From NCBI GenBank assembly GCA_965644315.1, contig CBFFRQ010000053.1, positions 124,001-188,000 on the forward strand: a stretch of DNA of 64,000 nucleotides. The letters are read 5' to 3'. Position numbers and translations under genes: made by a program. Of the stretch, positions 57,011 through 64,000 are shown one piece after another. The notes beneath the pieces were generated by a model that was given only the letters and a program-made list of their open reading frames with translations, did not search any database and was not told where the DNA came from. Position 1 is the first letter of the stretch; every line of letters starts with the position of its first letter. This stretch comes from Caecitellus pseudoparvulus (Eukaryota; Protista; Bigyra: Bicosoecida).

Positions 57011-59006
57011 ATGCAGGTGAAGTTGGTGGGGATCAGAGAGGTCCCTTGCTTGTGTGAACCATGGTGCGTGGAGCATGCCCCAACGTGCTGGCACCCGAAT
57101 GCGACCGGGCCGCCGTCACGTGCACAGGCCAGCGCAAGTGCTGCCCCATCGGGCAGTGTCGCAACTGCACTTGCAAAAGTCTCCGACGGCCTGGCTGAGG
57201 TGACAGAGGACTGGGAGCGGCGGTCAGATTGCTTGCAGCTGTTTTTCGTGAGTGCAGGGCTCGGCGACGGCTCGCTTCATGGCAGGGCCGTGCATGGCGT
57301 GTGCGTTTCATGAAACACAGGCCATCGTCACCCGGCACCAAGGCGAAATCGAGGTGTTCAGGGCGGACGCGCTGAGGAGCATCGGCCAGGCACTGTCGAA
57401 ACAGGTAAGCCAGCAGCCCTCCCTCCTTTTCCCCGCTCGAGCCCCACCCACCTTCCTCGTGCTGCCCTCCCCAGCTCACCGACAGGCGCAGCCAGATCGT
57501 CCGCGACACTTGTGGAGCAATCAAGCACCTCGTGACGGTGCTGGGGCAAGCGGCTCGCCCTGCTGCGGTTGACTTGCTCCCAGCCATGCTCGACATCGCA
57601 GGCAGCGGGAACCGCGTCATCGCTGCGTATGTGGCTGAGGCCCTGCACACACTCATCATGTTTACTCGGCCGCGCAGCCTGGCGTCCACGCTCACCTCCA
57701 CCCTGGCGGGCGGTCCTGGCGGGCACAAGGGCGTGAGCAATACCACCAGGGAGCTGTGTGCCGAGTGCATTCGGACAGCCCTGGAGACCTTTCCTGACGC
57801 AGAAGCAGACCGGCAGCGGGCTGACTTGACGGCGCTGGCAGTGCAGCTACTGTCCGATGCCTCGGAGGGGGCCCGGGCCACCGGCCGGCACTGCATGGCC
57901 CTGCTCAAGCTGCGCTTTGAGGAGCCCACGCTGGCCGCTGTGGCACAGCTGCCACTCCGTCTCAGGGAGGCCGTGACTGAGTGTGATGCGTGGAGTGCGC
58001 AGGGTGGCCTGGCAGACAGCGTGGCCCCCGTGCTGCCCACGGGGACTCGCAGTGACCACACGGCCGCCGTGCCCGCCAAGACCCCGGCGCCAGCACCCCT
58101 TGCCAGTGCCGGTGCCCCCCCCGCCCTGCCTCGCAGCCCCCCCCGCCATGACGAGGGCTCCGCAGCAGGGGGCAAGGCACTGGCCAAGTCTGACACAGGC
58201 AGCTCCCACGCCAGCGTCCACGGAGAAGGTGGTGCTGGCGATGCTCGCAGCAAGTCTGCGGGGCATGGGCGCCCCGGGAGCCAGGCACGGGCGCGGAGAG
58301 CAGGCGGCAGCAGCGGCGGGCCAGGGCGCCACGCCACAGGCCCCGCCGCCATGCTGCACACAGTGGACGATGCCCACGGCAAAGCCCTGTACGTGGGGAG
58401 CCCCGTGCTTGTGACGCATTCCTCCCATGGGAGCGCCGCTGCGTCCTCCAGGGCAGAGGCGCTGGGGTGGGTGCGGTGGATGGGGCGGCCTGCCTTCGCA
58501 GAGGGCGTCTGGCTGGGCCTGCAGCTGGCCTCTGCAACAGGCAAGAACGACGGCACTGTGCAGGGGGAACGGTACTTCCACTGCCCACCCCAGCATGGCT
58601 TGTTTGTGCGCCCCAAGAACGTGGCGTGGCAGGACACACCCACTGAGGCTAGCGCTAGCGTGGAGGCAGCTGCCCCTGCACTGCCGGAAGTGCCTGCCGT
58701 GTCGGGGGTCTCCCTGGCAGATCTGCTGGTGGAGCACAGGGCGCACGTCAACGGTATGCTGGAGGTACTCAAGGCAGAGTTTGTGGGGGTAGAGGGGGTG
58801 GCGGAGGATGAGCAGGCGGCCGCTCGCCTCATGCTGGCGGCAGTGGAAGAGCGCCTGGCCCTGGACCGGCTGTGGTATGTCAGGGTGGCCGGCTTTGCCA
58901 AGGGACAGGCAACGGCTTCCGAGGGAGAAGCACACGACGCCGCGGCAGGTGGTCCTTGAAGGCCGTCGCCCGCAATGTGGCCAAGGGGCAGGCGGTCAGC
59001 GACTGA
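57011..59006 (+). CDS. TOG/CLASP-N HEAT domain + CAP-Gly domain microtubule-associated protein
   Basis: EDWERRSDCL, LTDRRSQIVRDTC, GNRVIA, LLSDASEGARATGR (CLASP-type TOG); GWVRWMG...GVWLGL...GKNDGTVQGERYFHCPPQHGLFVRP (CAP-Gly). Start and last exon uncertain (stop at 58959 if unspliced, 59006 if spliced). Confidence 0.82.
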
Positions 59007-59278
59007 CATCGGAACTGGCCAAGGTGAGTGACCGCAGCAGGTAGGAGCACGGGACGCTTGCCCAAACCTGCTGTGCCAATGCACTGCAATGAAGGAGCCC
59101 AGCACGGCCGAACCTGTGGACCAGCCTTGCGTTCACCGGAGGCTCGCTCACGAGGCTCTCACAGCAGCGCAGTCATTGTCGGCGAGCAACTTCCCCTGCG
59201 CGGCCACATGTCATCGATGCTGGGCAAGCACCCAGCCACGCTGTTCCCACGCAACCTGCTGCCAGCCCCTCGCCACCC

Positions 59279-62086
59279 ATGGCAGCAGCGGCAGGCGGCA
59301 GACCCCAGGCGCTGCTGTTCCTGACCGCACGGCCGCTGGCTAAGCAAGGACATGGCGGCGACAGGTTCGCCACAGTGAGCATTGACACACTCAGCGACCA
59401 CAGCTTTCACAATGAGGAGCCGGCCTTGCGCAAGGTGTTGCGAGAAGGCGAGGCAAAGGTGACACTTATCCATAGGCATGCAACTCGGGACTTGACAGCG
59501 GAGTTGGGGAAACTGAACAGCAGGTTCGAAATACGGGCTGTGCATTTTTCTGGCCATGCCTTCGCCCCCACCGTGGGCGCCACTGGTACGGCCGCCCCCG
59601 CAACGGTGGCATGTTGAGAGCTACTTCCGCAACACGCCTTGAGCTTTGCCTGCCCCGCAGACACCCTTCCATCGCTAGGGTTTGAGGGGAAGGAAGGCCT
59701 CGTGGATTTGTTCTTGGCTAAAGACCTGCGTGACGTCGTTGTGGACTCCCTCAAGGACATGCGCCTGCTGGTGCTGGCTGCCTGCCACAGTGAAGCCATC
59801 GTGGAAGAAGCCAACATCGACTGCGTGCCCAGCATCATCTGCGTGCCAGCAGAGCGGAAGGTGTCCGATGAGCTGTGCGGGAAGTTCTCCTCGGAGTTGT
59901 ACCGGCACTTGCTGCAGGGGGCGGCGGTGGGCGATGCTTTCAGCCAGGCTTCGACGGCCTGCCGCAACGCACCGTTCACGCTGCGCACAAGGCAGCCTGG
60001 CACCGCCATCGCCACTGGCCCGGGGCACTCTGAGCCCTGTTTTGTCTTCGAGGGGGCGGGAATGAAGGTGGGCAGCCAAAGTGAGGTGTTTGAGGGGCCA
60101 GCCTGCACCCCAGAGATGGGCAACCTGCCCGACACTAGCACGTGTCTCGTGGCGCCAGTGCGCCAACACCAGCTCCTGCGCGCCATGAACTTGGCCCGAG
60201 CAGTGGAGCGTGTCTGCGCCTTGAGCGTGTATGGGCGGGCAGGCATTGGCAAGAGCAAGGCGGCCATTGACGCGTGTCGGTACCAGGCCCAGCGAGACCC
60301 AGAGAAGGTCCTGGTGGGCGTGAGGTTTCCAGGCGCCTCTGCGTCCAGTACAGGCGGGGCGCATGAGGCGGCTGTTGCAACGCGCAGGCCTGTGTGGGAG
60401 GTCATTGCAGAAGCCGTGTGTGCCGAGTGGCGCCGCGAGTGGCGCGGCGAAGAGGAGTTCTTGAGGAGCCTGTTCCAGATGCCCGGCTACCCCCTGCTCG
60501 TCCTGGACGGCGTCGACGCCTGGTTGAGTGGCCCCCCCTCCAACCAGCTCGGCGAAGCCCTCACCGTCGCAGCATTCGTGCAGCACGCCCGGAAGCTGCC
60601 CGAGGCGCAGGGCCTCATCATTGCCACGTCCTGCGAGCCAGCCGTGCCCCGCGACCATGCCCAGAACAAGCACACCCACCTGGTTGAGCCGCTAACCTGT
60701 GTCGAGACTGCCTCGCTGCTGCTTGCAGTGGACCCCCAGGTACGCTTGAAACCGAAGGGGCAGTCAGCAGGCGACTTGCCGCCCATTCCGCTGGGTGGAT
60801 TCCTAGGCCGACCACAGATCGTGCGCAGCGCGCCCACCTTGTCCAAGCTGGACTTAGCAAGAGAACCTGCCGTGAAGCAGTGCGCCGGCGTGCCCCGGGC
60901 CGTGTACCGCCTGGATGAGCTGCTGCACAAGCTGCCGGAGCACGCGCTGTCCATGCTGCAGGCGGCAGACTTGGAGCAGCTGGCACACCTGGCAGCGCAC
61001 GGCAGCCCGGAAGACCATGCGGTAGATACGCGAAAGAGAGGCGTGTGGCCAGGGTCAGGCGCGCGGGCTGGTGCGCCGGCTGCGTCCTTCCCTGCTCCAG
61101 GAACGCCAGCGCCGGCCCCAGCCCTGCTGTGGCCCTGGCCCGCAACGAGTGGCGAGGCAGAGAAGGCCCTGGGGCTAGCTGGCTTGGAACAACTGCCACG
61201 GCTGCAGCCACACTGCGAACAGGCCGCCAGTGTGTGCCTGCCGGGAGACGGCTTGGGACAGTGCATTTGGCTCCGGGCCAGCCGTGGCGCAGAGACAGCA
61301 ACCCAGGACGACTTGCGGCTGGCCTTCATGGACGTGTTTGGAGTGTTCTGCACCCTCCGAGGCCACCCACCTCGCACGCTGAGCCGGTCGCAGCAGATGG
61401 GCCTGCGGGCCATCCTGTTCTGCAAGGGCTTTGCGGGGGTCGGCGACACGCCGGCACGCTCAGAGCAGCTCCAGGAGCTGAGCGAGAGCAGGCAACGGGC
61501 GTGCTTCAACCTGCCTGTGAGTCTGGATGGAAGGGTGCAGCACTCGGGCTCGTGGTGCCGGATGTGGGGCTGGCTGGGGCCGTCCGTGCGGGCGCTGCGA
61601 GGTGGGCTGCTGCCGCTGTGGCACGACAGCCAAGAGGGCCGGGCCTGCCTGCTGCCTTTCGAGACGACCGTCACGTACAAGAACCTCATTGATAGTTGCC
61701 CTGACCCCAAGGCTTTCACGCTGGGCTTGTCGGAGACACGGCCAGGGGGTCTGCGCCTGATGCGCAAGCCCACCAGTCCGCTGCGATGTGATCGCCTCCT
61801 GCCAACGACTGCCGGGTCGTACGACCAGTACCAGGACCCTTTCCGTTCCAGGACGGGGTCTGTGCCCGAGTTACTGCTTCAGAACCCCGACATTGACACT
61901 GCCTTGCCGTGGGGGGTGCCCAAGCGCCAGGCCATGCACCTGGAGCCAGCCTCTGCCTCCAGCCATGCCAGCGCCACCTCCCCCATGCCAGGGTTCACCG
62001 GTCATCCACCTGTGGAGGCAACTGCTGTGATGGGCTTCAGAGCCCCTGGGCATCCCGTTCGCCACAGTTCCCGTCTGCTGGGTTGA
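59279..62086 (+). CDS. CHAT (caspase-like) protease - STAND-like P-loop NTPase - STAT-like linker/SH2 protein
   Basis: Exon 1 (59279-59585) has LLFLTARPL and VHFSGHA. Intron 59586-59660 (phase 1). Then LGFEG, LLVLAACHS, Walker A GRAGIGKS, Walker B LLVLDGVD, and C-terminal W..MWGW...LLPLW...AFTLGLSETRPGGL. Confidence 0.78.
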
Positions 62087-62451
62087 CTGTCCGGGGCGGC
62101 TGCGGAGCAGATCCAGCGCACAGCACGGCCCCACAGTCAGTTGCGGGGCAGGCAATAAATTCCTCAACACGCGTCGACTTCCAGCGACGTTCATTGCTGC
62201 AGTTCGTGACACCCTTGAATGTCTCTTCACATACCCGTCACTCGACGAAGCGAGGTGCCTTGCGGAAGCTGAATCCGCACAAGGCCGTGTTGCCGCACCC
62301 ACAGGCGCACACCTGCGTCGTGCGAGTGGGAATTCAGGCGTCGCTCAACCTGAGCACCTGCTGCATCCCTGCAGGCTTGCTCCCTTCACTCGGGTGCCCA
62401 GTCGACGTGGCGTGGCAGCTGGCCGAGCCGCGTTTTTACTTGCAGTGAGCG

Positions 62452-64000
62452 ATGACTGACGGCGAGTGGGGCATCTGCCCCGTGGAGGACAACAAGGACA
62501 TTGTGGAGAACAGCCCCGTCAACTACGTCTACATTGTGCGTCCCCCGTGCTGCCTCGCGGCGCGCCGGCGTGAGGCTGGCGTGGCGCTGCCAGGGCGCGC
62601 AGCTCCCAGCTCCTCGCCACCACCAAGCCAAGCAAGGCTCCGTTGTCACGCCCCTCGCGCCGCCGACCTCCGCAGGCTCTGTTCATGGGCATGTATTTTG
62701 CATTGTCAGTGTACCTATGCTACGAGCTGTATGTTTTCTGCAGGGACAAGCAGAAGGGCTTCTGCGAGGCGCTGGGCAACAACAAGAACCAGGTCATCGC
62801 TGCCCTGGGGCTGGGCTCGGTCTTCCGCCTGCCCACCGTCATGACGACGAACTGCGTCATTGAGGAGGCCTTCCGGCTGCTGAAAGACGTGCGTTGGCTG
62901 GCAGCCCGCTCACGGCGTCGAGGGGTGTCGTTTCCCGCACTTCCCCAACGCCTCGCGTGGCACGCCCCGTCTGCCGCCCCTCCCCCACCTTGCAGGTGTT
63001 CGTCATGCTGTCATTCCTGCTGATCGTCATGTTCTGGGTGGAGATGCAAAGCTCCATGAGCAGGGTGTCTTCGGTGGACAGGTGCGTCTGAGCTTGCACC
63101 GTCGCAGCGCGATGCACGGCCTTGCAGAAGCCCGCTGCCACGGCCCTCCGCAGGCTGAGGCCGTACGTCATCGCTGTGATGGTGCTGTACAGCACCACCC
63201 GGACAGTGCAGGCAGTCTTCGACCTGTTGGGTGAGAGAACCCTTCGCCTGGTCTTCTCCTTCCTGACCGCCCTGGTGTATGCGGGCGTCCTGGGCGTCGG
63301 CGTGTACTTTGGCTGTCAGCTCCTGCGCAAGATGGGCAGCATGTCCCTGAACGCGACACTGAAAGCCAAGCTGCAGCGCATGACTGCCTTCATCGTGTAC
63401 GAGATCGGCCTGCTCTTCCTCATCTTCGTCGCCTGGCTGGTGCGCACGCAGGTCTTTTCCTACGCCAAGGAAGACGACCCCTGGCTCTGGTGGGGGCTCA
63501 AGCTCATCGAGAAGGTGCTGGAGTTCGTGGCCCTGCTGTTCCTGGTGCAGATCGTCGCGCCCCTGCCCTATGAGAAGATGTGCCCCTGCCTGCCTTGCTG
63601 CCAGGAGTCAGCTGACTCTGGCAAGGGTGGTGACAGCTCAGCTGGTGGGAAGGGCGGCGGCAGCACGGGTGCCAGCAAGGACGTGGAGCAAGGTGGGGGC
63701 GGAGGCTCCCGAGGTGGGGGTTCCCGTGGCGGCGGTGGTGGCTCCCGGGGAGGTGGCTCCCGTGGGGGCGGCTCCCGCGGTGGCGGCGGCCGCGGCGGCG
63801 CGAAGAAGAAGCCCCCAAGTGTGGAAATGACCAGCAAAGCAACGCCCCGACGAGGCAGCTCGGGCGGCATGGGTGGCTCCTCCACCGGCTCTGGCGGCAC
63901 AGGCGGGTCAGGCGGCACTGGGGACACGGTGCAGGCCAACCCCCTGCACACTGCCGGCAGTGACGCTTCCACTGAGGTGGACAACCCCATGCACACGTAG
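62452..64000 (+). CDS. 7-TM membrane protein (THH1/TOM1/GPR137-like) with Gly-rich tail
   Basis: Four exons give about seven hydrophobic segments; FLLIVMFWVE and LRKM...LQRM patterns; stop codon at the window end. Confidence 0.65.
63692..63800 (+). repeat. degenerate coding repeat (GGSRG)n
   Basis: About five GG(G)SRG units in the tail of the 7-TM protein. Confidence 0.75.

Noticed and set aside
1-64000. Non-canonical introns or an alternative genetic code
   Set aside because: Every junction I reconstructed is GT-AG and conserved proteins translate under the standard code; apparent ORF breaks are explained by introns.
1-64000. Transposons, endogenous virus/virophage, rRNA or tRNA
   Set aside because: No transposase, RT, integrase or capsid motifs, no AT-rich island, no terminal repeats and no recognisable structural RNA were seen.

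Overview
GC-rich, very gene-dense eukaryotic nuclear DNA, most likely from a unicellular protist (lineage is inference only). It holds about 25 protein-coding genes with short canonical GT-AG introns (mostly 60-110 nt; donors gtgcg/gtgag, pyrimidine-rich acceptors ending in cag). Recognisable housekeeping genes: UBR1/PRT6-type N-recognin, mitochondrial oxoglutarate/malate carrier, DPH5, PPPDE peptidase, DDM1/LSH-like SNF2, sterol-desaturase-family hydroxylase, WNK-type kinase, PDH E1-beta, ING, Eco1/ESCO, CAP-G2, TMEM53-like, front-end desaturase and an SCP phosphatase. The most unusual items are domain fusions that only appear after manual splicing: (1) a secreted Venus-flytrap ligand-binding domain fused to a complete NHE/NHX Na+/H+ exchanger (44977-48361); (2) a caspase-like CHAT protease + STAND-type NTPase + STAT-type linker/degenerate SH2 protein (59279-62086); (3) a sensor-less RNase L/IRE1-like pseudokinase-KEN nuclease (3926-6048); (4) a TOG + CAP-Gly fusion; (5) a C2-coiled coil-tectonin protein. 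The UBR1 RING also appears to have lost one zinc site. A 39-bp x ~20.5 coding minisatellite is present. I found no rRNA, tRNA, CRISPR array or mobile element. All family assignments come from motif recognition by eye, not database searches.
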